Shown: one piece after another, positions 42,391-64,000 of the stretch | Layout of the letters: each line of letters opens with the position of its first letter | Position numbering within the stretch: position 1 is the first letter of the stretch | DNA from: Octopus vulgaris | Lineage: Eukaryota | NCBI GenBank assembly: GCA_951406725.2 | Contig: OX597834.1 | Span: 38,502,001-38,566,000, forward strand | Length of the DNA stretch: 64,000 nucleotides | Direction of reading: 5' to 3' | The notes under the pieces: model-generated | Databases searched by the model: none | The model's input: only the letters and a program-made list of their open reading frames with translations | What the model was told of the DNA's origin: nothing | Position numbers and translations under genes: made by a program

Positions 42391-42683
42391 CCGACTTGCA
42401 CAGAATACAAATGCCATAGAGAATGAAAGGGGTGGAGGAAAGGTATTATAAATCCAATAGCTGTTTCTGGGGGCTCGAGGTTCGTTTCATCCTATGATGG
42501 AATCAACCACCTTACATTATTAAGATTTCTTCCCAAAAGACGGAGCCTCGTTTCATCCTATGATGGAATCAATCTACAAACATTATTATGAACCGTCGAG
42601 CCACCAGAAACAGCTGTTCGATTTGTAATACTTTTCCTTCACCCCTTTAATTCTCTATATCATTTGTATTCTGTGTAAGTCGG
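42391..42683. repeat. Inverted repeat (~90-bp arms) with GAAACAGCTG motif and internal 24-bp direct repeat (duplicate ~51277-51569)
   Basis: ccgacttgcacagaatacaaatg pairs with catttgtattctgtgtaagtcgg; cgtttcatcctatgatggaatcaa at 42483 and 42549. Confidence 0.85.
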
Positions 42684-42725
42684 TAGCCATTACACACATT
42701 TTTTTCTCTCCTTGTTTCTCTCCCT

Positions 42726-42765
42726 GTTTTTCTGTAGAAGAGCTTAGGCTCGAAACGTAAAAGAC
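42726..42765 (+). ncRNA. Minimal type I hammerhead motif, CUGUAGA variant (duplicate 51612-51651)
   Basis: gttttt-CTGTAGA-a-gagc ttag gctc-GAAA-cg-TA-aaagac. Confidence 0.7.
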
Positions 42766-42857
42766 TTCTTCTATTTCTGAGCGTTATACTAATACATCTG
42801 TTTGTTTTGTACACTACCTGTCTTCGTCTTTTGCTGTTTTTCGTAAACTCTACCCCT

Positions 42858-42902
<45 letters not shown>

Positions 42903-43206
42903 CACGTTTTTGTATTTCATGTATTTCATATACTTTATATATTAATCTGTCTAATTTGCTTATTCCTACATTTACACATATACATACATACATACATACA
43001 TGCACATAAACATACATACATACATACATACATACATACATACATACATACATACATACATACATACATACATACATACATACATACATACATACATACA
43101 TACATACATACATACACATACATACATACATACATACATACATACATACATACATACGTACATACGTACATACATACATACATACATACATACATACATA
43201 CATACA

Positions 43207-43237
<31 letters not shown>

Positions 43238-43399
43238 TGTTAAAATTTTAGTGAAAATCTCGTTTGATATCCGAAGCTCGACTACCGAATGGGAATACTC
43301 CTGTCACTGGATATACATCTGAAATTCCATAGCATCCGTAGAGTTTATATGAAGAGATGAACAGCGGAAAATGAATTGAACGATATTCTTTATTTCATA

Positions 43400-43517
43400 T
43401 CACTACAATTGTTTCCAAACATCTTAACACTTGTAATGCATAGGTGAGATGATGTAATTAACATATTGCGTAATCACTACTATCCATCAAAGGTGTAAAG
43501 TGTGCTTCTTCAGGTGA
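43400..43517 (-). ncRNA. Hammerhead-like motif with long stem II, followed by AATAAA (duplicate 52298-52415)
   Basis: Minus strand: tcac-CTGAAGA-(~87 nt including acactt/aagtgt)-GAAA-caattg-TA-gtga; AATAAA at 43394-43389. Confidence 0.55.
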
Positions 43518-43579
43518 GTTATTGAATACGACCTTCGTTGGATCAGACGGTCATTTCACAAGAATGAACACCCAAAACT

Positions 43580-44070
43580 GTGTTCTGATGGGCTGCTTCC
43601 AGTTTCACCCTACCAAATCCAATCATAAGGCTTTGATCGGCCCGAGTCTATAGCAAAAGACAATTACCTAAGGTGCCGCACTGTAGGATATTCTTAGTTC
43701 AAACTCCGCCTTGATTGACTTTGCCTTTTATCCTCTCGGGGTAGATAAAATAAGTATCAGTCAAAAACTGGGGTCGATGTGATCGACTTACCCCTGCCCT
43801 GAAATTTCTGGCCTTGTGCCAAAATGTGAAACCAATATCATCGTATCTCACATAAGGCTGCGAGCTGGCAGAATTGCTAGCACGCCGGACAAAAATATTT
43901 AGTGGCATTTCGTCTGTCTTTACGTTCTGAGTTCAAATTCTACTGAGATTAACTTTACCTTTCATCCTTTCGGGGTTAATAAATTAAGTACCGGTTGAGC
44001 ACTGGGGCCGGTATAATCGACTTACTCCCTTTCCGGAAATTGCTGGCCTTGTGCCCAAATTTGAAATTAA
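43580..44070. mobile_element. SINE A head fragment (-) followed by two SINE B copies (+) (duplicate ~52480-52970)
   Basis: caaatcc...ggctttgatcggcccgag; then gttcaaactccgcc..gactttgcctttt and ggctgcgagctggcagaattgctagc. Confidence 0.8.
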
Positions 44071-44719
44071 TTTTTATCATATCTCACTCACTCACGCACA
44101 CACACGCATGTACACTGACTGGCAATATCGTAGCTCCACATTTTACAAAGTCTTATTAACTATGTACATCGCCATAAAATATCACCGGCCTTTGAAATAA
44201 ATAGAATCTATCTGAGTCTCTAGCAGTCTACTCCGATGAATCTGTCTCCTCTTCTTTTATCATATTTCAGAAGAATACTTCAAAAAGATATGATAAAAGA
44301 GAGAGAGAGGGGGGAGAAAAAGAAAAAAAAAGAAGAAACTAACTATTAGTAGTTGCAAAACATAAAAAAAAAAAAAATTAAGAAAAAACTTCTGAATCTC
44401 AGTAAAAATTCTGTTGCTTCAGGCAATAACAGAAAAGAAGAAAAATCGCACAATTTTAAAATATAAATAAAACAGGAAGACATTTTTAATAAAAAAATAA
44501 AATAAGAAGAATTCGTTTTTCTTTGCGAATTGTAAACATCATACATAAAGTATATTCTTGAGATTTGGATAACTTTTTTCTTGTTTTAATGGAGGAAAAA
44601 GGAAATTTTAAGTGTGGTGGAACACGTGACATTTTTCTTCCTTCTAAGTATTCCTTGTTGTTGCAATCGTAGCTGTTGTTCTTGCTATTGTTGTCGTCAT
44701 CGTCCTTCTCCCCGTTCTC

Positions 44720-44815
44720 CTTCTTTTCGCTCCTCTTCTTCCGCCCCCTCTTCCTCCTCCTTCTTCTTCTTCATTTCCTTCTTCTTCTTCTTCTTCTTCT
44801 TCTTCTTCTTCTTCT

Positions 44816-44850
<35 letters not shown>

Positions 44851-44975
44851 TTCTTCCACCTTTGTTTACTTTTTCGTTGACGTCGATGCCTTTATTATCA
44901 TGGTTATCACCATTATGATTATAATAATTATTATCATCAGTGTCGCTATTATTATCATTATCATTATTATTATTA

Positions 44976-45061
<86 letters not shown>

Positions 45062-45212
45062 GTTATTATTATTATTATTATCGTTGTTGTTGTTGTTGTT
45101 GTTGTTATTATTATTATTATTATTATTATCATCATTATTATTATCATCGTCATCATCATCATCATCGTCATCATCATCATCGTCATCATCATCATCATCA
45201 TCATCATCATCG

Positions 45213-45252
<40 letters not shown>

Positions 45253-45360
45253 TATTATCATTATTATTATTATTATTAAGTCTGCGGAATTATCATTATC
45301 ATTATTATTATTATCGCTGCTGCTGTTGTCATTGTTGTTGTTGTTGTTGTTGTTGTTATC
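44720..45360. repeat. Compound trinucleotide tract (TTC, ATT, GTT, ATC)
   Basis: Directly visible; duplicate at ~53620-54245. Confidence 0.95.
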
Positions 45361-45467
45361 CTATATTTATTATTATGTACGGTTGTTGTCGTTTGTTTTT
45401 GTGGTCGGTAATTTTGAAGTTGTATTCAAATAGATATTTTATTGTTCAAATAATAAAAAAATAATAA

Positions 45468-45567
45468 NNNNNNNNNNNNNNNNNNNNNNNNNNNNNNNNN
45501 NNNNNNNNNNNNNNNNNNNNNNNNNNNNNNNNNNNNNNNNNNNNNNNNNNNNNNNNNNNNNNNNNNN
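45468..45567. other. Assembly gap (100 N)
   Basis: Exactly 100 N, the usual placeholder for a gap of unknown size. Confidence 0.99.
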
Positions 45568-54354
<8,787 letters not shown>

Positions 54355-54949
54355 TAATAACAACAACAACAACAACAAAACCAAAACCTATAACGTAAAC
54401 ACAAAAGACAAAAAAAAAATAATAATAATAAACCCAGCCCCCGTTTCACCCCATCTCACCCCATTTTGTTCTTTACTTTTTTTTTTTACAGCAATGTTGT
54501 AAAACAGAATTTACAAAAAAAAAGTAAAATAAAATAAAAATTTTAAAAAACGACCCAAAAGCTGCATGAAAACAACAATAGGAATGATGACGATGACGAC
54601 GACGACGTCGGCTACAACAATAACAAAAGCAACATTGACTGCCACAGTGCCAATCACAACAACATTGAGAAAGACAAGTTATTTACACATAACTACATAG
54701 AAGCAACAAACCAGCAGTAAATAGAAAATATAGGTTATAGGTTATACTTACAGATATATGTGATTGACTGGCTGTGTAGGTACGAGTGTGGATAATTACG
54801 TACACACACACACACACACACACCTATATAAATGTGTGTGTGTGTGTGTGTGTATATCTGTGTGTACATAAGTGATTGTTTCTTCATGTGTCTACAGACA
54901 CACAGGCATACTCACTCAAACGGAAAAAGCACACACCCACATATACGCC

Positions 54950-55022
<73 letters not shown>

Positions 55023-55057
55023 ATATATGTGTTTCTGGCTATGTATCTGTCAATTTA

Positions 55058-55119
<62 letters not shown>

Positions 55120-55242
55120 TATATATATACATATATATACACATATATATACATATATATATACATATATATAGACATATATATATACATATATATACAT
55201 ATATATATATAAGTATACATATATATATGTATATATATATAC

Positions 55243-55275
<33 letters not shown>

Positions 55276-55307
55276 CATATATATGTGTGTGTGTGTTTAT
55301 GTATATA

Positions 55308-55374
<67 letters not shown>

Positions 55375-55760
55375 ATGTATGCATGTTTGTATTATATATT
55401 TCTCTAAACACACCTATCTGTTCTACACATTTATGGAACTAATATGCTTATAATGACACCATTTCCCAGTGTTTTTGCTCTTTGTCCTTCTCAGATGATA
55501 TGTACATTAAGTTGTATTTTGAGTTGCATCTTGAATAATATATACCTTGATGTGAATGTGTGTGTGTGTGTGCGCAAGCGTGTGTTTGTGTGAGCGTATA
55601 GACATATGTGTGTGATGTGTATGCATATACATACATACATGCCTGTATACATATATACATTCGTGTTTTACGCTTTCCTGTATTTCTTTTCACTTAAGCT
55701 AAATATATGTCTGGAAGACATAGTAACGAACATGTTTGTAAATATAACTGTACATATAAA

Positions 55761-55793
<33 letters not shown>

Positions 55794-55907
55794 GTGTGTA
55801 TGTATGTTTGTATGTATTGTATGCACGTGTGTATTTATGTATCTATCTATCTATTTTGTATGTATGTATCTATCTGTCTATATATATATATCTGTCTGTC
55901 TGTATAT

Positions 55908-55986
<79 letters not shown>

Positions 55987-56052
55987 ATAAATAAGGATAT
56001 GATCGTTAATTTAAAATAAAATAACGATTTTATCAAGTGGCCAGCATGGAAG

Positions 56053-56188
<136 letters not shown>

Positions 56189-56193
56189 ATATT

Positions 56194-56490
56194 TATATAT
56201 AAAAAATTTGAAAAAAACCCACCTTTTATCAATTGAAAACGAACAATTAAATTACACCATCTAGAAAATTACATATAATAGAAAAGTTAAAATTAAAATG
56301 ACAATAAAATGTAAGGATTATGTAAATTGCAAAAATAATAATAAAAACGTATGCAATTTACTTAATCTTTACATTTTATTGTTATTTTGATTTTAACTTT
56401 TCTATTATATGTAATTTTCTAGATGGTGTAATTTAATTGTTCATTTTCAATTGATAAAAGGTGGTTTTTTTCTAATTTTTTATATATATA
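56194..56490. repeat. Near-perfect palindrome (~135-bp arms) in (TA)n; MITE-like
   Basis: ccaccttttatcaattgaaaacgaacaattaaattacaccatctagaaaattac pairs with gtaattttctagatggtgtaatttaattgttcattttcaattgataaaaggtgg. Confidence 0.9.
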
Positions 56491-56588
56491 TTATATTGTG
56501 TGAAATTTGATTTAGTATTTCTAAATTGAATTTTTTCCTTGTAAGTTTGGATTTTATTCCCTCAAATAATAATTATTATATATATTTT

Positions 56589-56620
<32 letters not shown>

Positions 56621-56867
56621 TCTTCATGTATGTATAGAGTGGAAAATGCAAAGTGCTCATTATACGCCTTTGTTTGAAGTATATGATTATGTAATTAATT
56701 CGTTATACTTGAAGGCTTCATGAAGATGATTCCAGTCGACGGCCAGCTAGGTGTTTAAGTTTGCAGTGTTACCAACACGTATGATCAACAAACGTCAATT
56801 TGCATAAAATCGTTGAATGTGAAGAAACATTGCGGTTTATAAAAAAAACTGTCATACCTTCAGACAT

Positions 56868-57058
56868 AATGGTTTCAAATTTAGGCGCAAGGCCAGTAAT
56901 TTCGACCATAATATTCAACTGGTACTTATTTTATTGACGTCGAAAGGATGAGAGGCAAAGTCGACCTCGGCGGAATTCGAACTCAGAACGTAGCGACGGG
57001 CGAAATACCGCTAGGCAATTTGCCCGGCGTTCTAACGATTCTGCCAGCTCACCGCCTT
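56868..57058 (-). mobile_element. SINE family B
   Basis: ggcaaagtcgacctcggcggaattcgaactcagaacg...aacgattctgccagctcaccgcc. Confidence 0.88.
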
Positions 57059-57075
57059 AATAATAATAATAATAA

Positions 57076-57106
<31 letters not shown>

Positions 57107-57273
57107 AAGAAGAAGAAGAATAAGAATAATAATAATAATAATAATAAGCCTGAAATTTGTGGGTGGGGGACTACGTACAGACACAATATAAAGCAAAGCG
57201 CAAGAGAAAAACAGAATGACCGAAATGTACTGATAAAAGTATTGGTTTAGAGCTTGATAAAAACATTGGCGTA

Positions 57274-57311
57274 TCTTTGACGTTTCAGAGAGTAGTCTGT
57301 CTTCAGAAAGA
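57274..57311 (-). ncRNA. Minimal type I hammerhead motif
   Basis: Minus strand: tcttt-CTGAAGA-c-aga ctactc tct-GAAA-cg-TC-aaaga. Confidence 0.7.
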
Positions 57312-58290
57312 AAACGTGACAGGTGCAAGCATAGGAAGAGAGCATGAGTGTTTATGCACACACGCAAATAGTCACACAAACCCAGAGAGAGAGAGGGGGA
57401 GTGAGAGAGAGAGAGAGGAGGGGAGAGAGAGAGAGAGAGAGAGAGGAGTACAGAGAGAGTGAGAAATAGAGGCACTGTGAAGTACAGTAACGTGCGCATA
57501 TGTGGGTTTGTGTGTATCTCGTGTGTTTAAAGTTGGTATTAAAGTAGCTAATAATGTAAGATTAACGATTACAATTAATGTATTGTGAAGTGAATCTTAT
57601 CCTTGGTCGCACAATGATAACTGCGACTTCATTGAACTTCCTTCTTGCAACAATTTCATGATTAGGGAAGGATACAGGATTTCTTCTAAACACAGAGTGG
57701 CTTTCAGAAACTGAAAGAATGAATAGTAAATTTCATCGCAGACGCCTACATTATAATATTAGAAAAGTGTGCGCTAACCCACTTGATGTGGCAAAGGAAG
57801 GCAATTTGACGGAGATAATCATAGCACAATCTACCTTACACAATTAATGAGCGAAAGGTCACAGTTAAAGTTAGCTTAGAGACCAAGTGTGAACATTTTT
57901 TTGCCATCTTGTTTTCGGAGTAGCAAAGATGCAGTTGTGATATCATATATCGTGTAACACGTCAATGTTTTGTCTCTTTAGCTTTATTAACAATGAAAGT
58001 GTCGTCTAATCGTTGAGTTCAAAATCGTGGCCACTAACTTGAAAATATACATATGTCATGGAACTTATAACATGCAACAGATAAAAATGTGTGTGTGTGT
58101 GTGTGTCCATCCATCTACCATTCATGTGTGAGCGTGTATACAATCAGAACAGTATGTGTAACTTTCTATATGTATAACGTAAATACTTGTTGCAAATAAC
58201 ACGGAAATAAAACGTAAACCTAGAAATATTAATCAGTTAGGTGTGAAACCGACTAAAACCGTAGATAGGTACAGTCTCATGACTACTTTT

Positions 58291-58494
58291 TTACTCTTTT
58301 ACTTGTGTCAGTCATCTGACTGCGGCCATGCTGGAGCACCGCCTTTAGTCGAGCAAATCGACCCCAGAACTTATTCTTTGTAAGCCTATTACTTATTCTA
58401 TCGGGCTCTTTTGCCGAACCGCTAAGTTACGGGGACGTAAACGCACCAGCATCGGTTGTCAAGCGATGTTGGGGGGGGGGCAAATACAGACACA

Positions 58495-58590
<96 letters not shown>

Positions 58591-58756
58591 TACGATGGGC
58601 TTCTTTCAGTTTCCGTCTACCAAATCCACTCACAAGGCTTTGGTCGGCCCGAGGCTATAGCAGAAGACACTTGCCCAAGGTGCCAGGCAGTGGGATGACT
58701 GAACCCGGAACCATGTGGTTGGTAAGCAAGCTACTTACCACACAGCCACTCCTACG
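58291..58756 (-). mobile_element. SINE family A, full length
   Basis: Same layout as 14021-14444. Confidence 0.92.
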
Positions 58757-59207
58757 TGAAAATAAACGAAAATTATACGATTAAAATATATTTTTCCCCT
58801 TTAGGCAAATCTTTAGAAGAATGAAGTTCACTCTGCATCTAAATATTTAATAGAATCTGTTGTTTAGTTTCTTATAAGCATTAAGTTTGTTGCTACTTGA
58901 AAATATTTAGGTTAAGACTTATGACAAGTATCATCTCTTTTTTGCTACGATAGCAGTGATTTGCATATGTTTGAGGATAACCTAATTGCGCTCAGGATTT
59001 CTATGAAATATTAAATTGTTTTCAATGTTATTATTTAATAAAACTGAAAGCTCATTCATTTTATTTAATAAATTGTTATTTTGCTAGACACATTTCTACG
59101 TCTTTGTGTGTGCACAAAGACATTCGCGCCTTTCACCGTTATTGTTTCGCTGAGCTTACGACATAACCATCCATCCATCCATACACACATACATACATGC
59201 AGCATAT

Positions 59208-59775
<568 letters not shown>

Positions 59776-59982
59776 ACACACACACATATATATATAGACA
59801 CACACACACTCACACACACACATATAGACACACACACACACACACACATATATATAGACACACACACACACTCATATACACACAGACATGCATACATGTA
59901 TGTGTGTGTGTATATGTGTGAAAGAGACGTTTTTTTCTCCCTCCAATTTTTACCTCTCTCCAGTTTTTCTGTCCTCGTTCTT

Positions 59983-60020
59983 TCTTTCTGAAGAAGAGCG
60001 TAGGCTCGAAACGTCAAAGA
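59983..60020 (+). ncRNA. Minimal type I hammerhead ribozyme motif (canonical core)
   Basis: tcttt-CTGAAGA-a-gagc gtag gctc-GAAA-cg-TC-aaaga; predicted cleavage after C60015; lies inside element 59925-60115. Confidence 0.8.
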
Positions 60021-60119
60021 CTCACATTTTTCCTGAACGTCAAACTATTACACCTTGTTTGTTGTTCCCTCACATATTTCTTCTGTGTGTTTTTTTTGTA
60101 CACTTCTGAGCCATATACC

Positions 60120-60167
<48 letters not shown>

Positions 60168-60723
60168 TGTGTGTGTGTGTGTGTGAAAATTAAGGTGTAG
60201 GAAGAATATGGACTTCAAGCAATCCGTAGAAAATATAAAAGAAAAACAATTTTCAGGAACAATAGTGGTTTAGTGACGCGGAAGTTTGTGAATTTCTTTC
60301 CGTATCGAATTACGATCAGCTGAAAAAAAATTATTTTATACGTCACGGTAGGCAGCCAGGGTTGCCAAATATGCGAATAAAAGTACAAGAGTTAAGGAAT
60401 GGAGTAGATAAAAACCGGACTACATATGTTTCATATTCTCCACACAAACTGTGCTATCTACGCATTCTGATCGAATCCTGCGCGGAGTAGACAAAACAGG
60501 GGACAACTGGTGAAGGGAATGTTCTTTATGTTGCCTGTCTTGTTTCTCTATGTGTTTCTTTCGTTGTTCGAAAAAATGATCGTTTTCTATGTTTTTGTCT
60601 TTTATGTTCTCGTTTCTCATTTTGTTCACGTTTTTTTTTTACGTCCTGTACCCATATATGCATGTATATATATATATATGTAGGTATGTACATATATGTA
60701 TGTACATATGCATATATTTATAT

Positions 60724-60756
<33 letters not shown>

Positions 60757-61834
60757 GTAGGTATGTACATATATGTATGTATATCTATATATAAACATGT
60801 ATATGCACATGTATATATATAAGCATATATACATATATGCACATGTATTCACACGCTCACATTTATAAATGTATGTTTACACTCATGCATAGACACACAC
60901 ATACATACATACGCGCATGCGCACGCATTTGATTCCCAATTTGCGTAATTAATCTGATGCACTGCATCTGATCTTCCCTAGTATCCTTAATTAATATCGT
61001 AATACTCTCTTGATCAGTAAATATTTCCTTTTATTTTATCAGATTTGATCTCTGTCTCTTAAACAAACTGAAAGGTAGACCCTCCTTTATGTGGTTTGTT
61101 TTGTATGCTAGAAATAGCAGTGATCAAATGGAAGTGTTCTAAGGTCTATAAGCTTATAAAACAGTCATGCCAACAAAGTCTCTTCTGATTTTCTTTAAAT
61201 CTTTCAAATTATGTCGGCGTTGCGATTTCAGAATCCCACCCCGCCCTCATTCAGCTTCCCAGTAACATGATTTCATATTACTCCCTCAAATCCTTCCCTA
61301 AATGTTCCTCACATTTGTGGCAAATAAAGTGTCTTCTCTGTGTGTGCGTTACATACACTCGTGTAAATCACTGATAAAGCGTTTTGAGCGTCCACTTAGT
61401 AGATTAAAGTTGAAAATGCCGCATTTAAAGTGTATAAATATATCTTCTGCATAAATAATTGTCTATGAAAACACTTATTTTTTGAACATAGACATATTTC
61501 GTTTACGTTTAAAGCGTATATGGAATTATATATTTTGTTTTGTATAATATATATTTCGGTCGCTTGTTTGTTATTAGAAAATGTTATTTAAAAAAAAGTC
61601 ACCGATTCAGAATCTCAGATGTTCAATATTTTTTCCTTTTTTTCTTTTTTCTTTTCCTTTGCTTTTCTTTTTTTTTTTTACTCTTTTTTTTCTTTTTTCT
61701 TTTGAGACTTCATAGAATTGATAAAATTGTCAGGGGGTGTACTGGGAAAAAAATCATATTGAAAAATTTACTATCGGTTCTAAATTATTTCTTTTCCGTC
61801 AACCTTCAGTATACATAGATACGTATATATGCAA

Positions 61835-62080
61835 GAGTGTCTGTGTGGTATGTAGCTTGCTTACCAACCACATGGTTCCGGGTTCAGTCCCACTTGCACC
61901 TTGGGCAAGTGTCTTCTAATATAGCCTCGGGCCGACCAAAGCCATATGAGTGGATTTGGTAGACGGAAACTTAAAGAAGCCCGTCGTATGTGTGTGTGCG
62001 TGTATACACACACATGCACCTATATATGTATTTGTGTATACACACACACACACACACATGCACCTATATATGTATTTGTG

Positions 62081-62113
<33 letters not shown>

Positions 62114-62265
62114 TTATGTATGCAATTATGCGAGTATTTGAACACAAATATGAATTCATACAAATACATACACACGCACACATACACGCACTATGTGGGT
62201 ATATGACTGACGGTGCCCCAGCATCGCCACAGCCTCAAGACTGGAACATATAAAAGTATAAAAGA
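61835..62265 (+). mobile_element. SINE family A with variant tail
   Basis: Head through gaagcccgtcgtat, then a microsatellite, then cggtgccccagcatcgccacagcc..ctggaacatataaaag. Confidence 0.8.
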
Positions 62266-62279
62266 ATATATATATATCT

Positions 62280-62653
62280 TTTTCATATTGAATTTGTTTC
62301 AGTCATTGGTCTCCGGCCATGCCGGGGCACAGCGTTACAGAGCTCTGTCGAACAAATCGACCCCAACACTTATTTTTAAAATATGTCACTTAATCAACTG
62401 TTCTCTTGCGCAAAACCGCTAACGCACGGGGACGTAAATAAACCAACAACAGTTGCTAAGCGGAGAAGGGATATACAAAAAGGCGAACACACACACATAC
62501 GACGGTCTTCCACACTGTTTCCCCTCTACGAAATTCGTTGAAAAGGTGTTGGTTGACCTGGAGTTATTGTAGAGGATATCTACCCAAGGTGTAACGTAGT
62601 GGAACTGAACCTGAAACCGCATGGTTGCAATACGAGCTTTTTAACACCACAAC

Positions 62654-62660
<7 letters not shown>
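62280..62660 (-). mobile_element. SINE family A, diverged
   Basis: ttgtttcagtcattg...ggggacgtaaataaaccaac...cccaaggtgtaacgtagtggaactgaacc. Confidence 0.8.
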
Positions 62661-62748
<88 letters not shown>

Positions 62749-62769
62749 GGCTAGGCATTTTGCCCGGCG

Positions 62770-63215
62770 TGTGACTGTGTGGTAAGTAGCTTGCTTACCA
62801 ACCACATGGTTGTGTGGTAAGTAGCTTGCTTACCAACCACATGCTTACCAACCACATGGTTCAGTCCCACTGCGTGGCATCTTGGGCAAGTGTCTTCTGC
62901 TATAGCCCCGGGCCGACCAAAGCCTTGTGAGTGGATTTGGTTGATGGAAACCGAAAGAAGCCTGTCGCATATATGTATATATATACATGTATGTGTGTGT
63001 ATATGTTCTTGTGTCTGTGTTTGTCCCCCTAGCATTGCTTGACAACCGATGCTGGTGTGTTTACGTCCCCGTAACTTAGCGGTTCGGCAAAAGAGACCGA
63101 TAGAATAAGTACTGGGCTTACAAAGAATAAGTCCTGGGGTCGATTTGCTCGACTAAAGGCGGTGCTCCAGCATGGCCGTAGTCAAATGACTGAAACAAGT
63201 AAAAGAGTAAAAGAG
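62770..63215 (+). mobile_element. SINE family A with internally duplicated head
   Basis: tgtgtggtaagtagcttgcttaccaaccacatg twice plus a partial third copy, then the normal body and tail. Confidence 0.9.
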
Positions 63216-63511
63216 TAATACATATCGTATATATATATTCAATATGTATAATATACATATATGTGCGTACGTACATATTTAGATACATATATACGTGTAT
63301 ACACATATATTGACATACACATACGTGTATGTACGTACGTACATACATACATGTCAGCTTTAATATCTTTATATTCTGAATAAACAGAAAGAGTAATTGT
63401 TTTTCTCTTTTGAGAAATGAATTTTTTTTATATGTTATATAGAGAAATATTTTAAATCGTTTATTTTTCCAAAAGGTAAAGTTAAAGTAGAATACGAGGC
63501 AAAGAAAATTT

Positions 63512-63542
<31 letters not shown>

Positions 63543-63545
63543 GAA

Positions 63546-63650
<105 letters not shown>

Positions 63651-63849
63651 AAGAAGAAGATGAAGAAGAAGAAGAAAAGAAGAAGAACAACAACAACAGC
63701 AACAATAACAATCGGATAAATATGTGTGCGTATGAGTGTATGTGTGTTTTCACAGACGCACACACACGTACACACACACATACATAAACACAAACACGTA
63801 TATGTGTGTATGAGCTCACACGCTCATATGCACGCATACATATACATAC

Positions 63850-63880
<31 letters not shown>

Positions 63881-63963
63881 GCCACAGTAAGATTTTTACT
63901 TATATATACATACATATATATAAGCATATATATGAGCCTACATAAATATATATCTATATCTAC

Positions 63964-64000
<37 letters not shown>

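Noticed and set aside
60410-60520. GAAACATATGTA (minus) and ctgatcga/ctggtga motifs as hammerheads
   Set aside because: Only half-cores; could be decayed PLE LTR sequence but no complete fold can be drawn.

Overview
Repeat-saturated, AT-rich eukaryotic DNA. The microsatellite density and SINE families point to an octopus (coleoid cephalopod) genome; this is inference from family resemblance. I cannot support any intact protein-coding gene, and almost all listed ORFs are translations of microsatellites. The window holds: many copies of at least four tRNA-derived SINE families, including a 184-bp tandem array; decayed Tigger/pogo and DD37D/maT-like transposases; a decayed Penelope-like element (PLE; RT plus GIY-YIG); three 3' fragments of an RLE-type (R4/Dong-like) non-LTR element, all embedded in (CATA)n; a highly structured RTE-5'UTR-like non-autonomous element; a hierarchical minisatellite; and long palindromes. 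A ~9 kb near-identical duplication across a 100-N gap is probably two haplotypes assembled in tandem. The most notable signal is a set of minimal type I hammerhead-ribozyme motifs carried by short, mostly microsatellite-embedded PLE-LTR-like elements. Some share a CUGUAGA core variant and some sit in inverted pairs. All structures were read by eye; no folding or database search was run.
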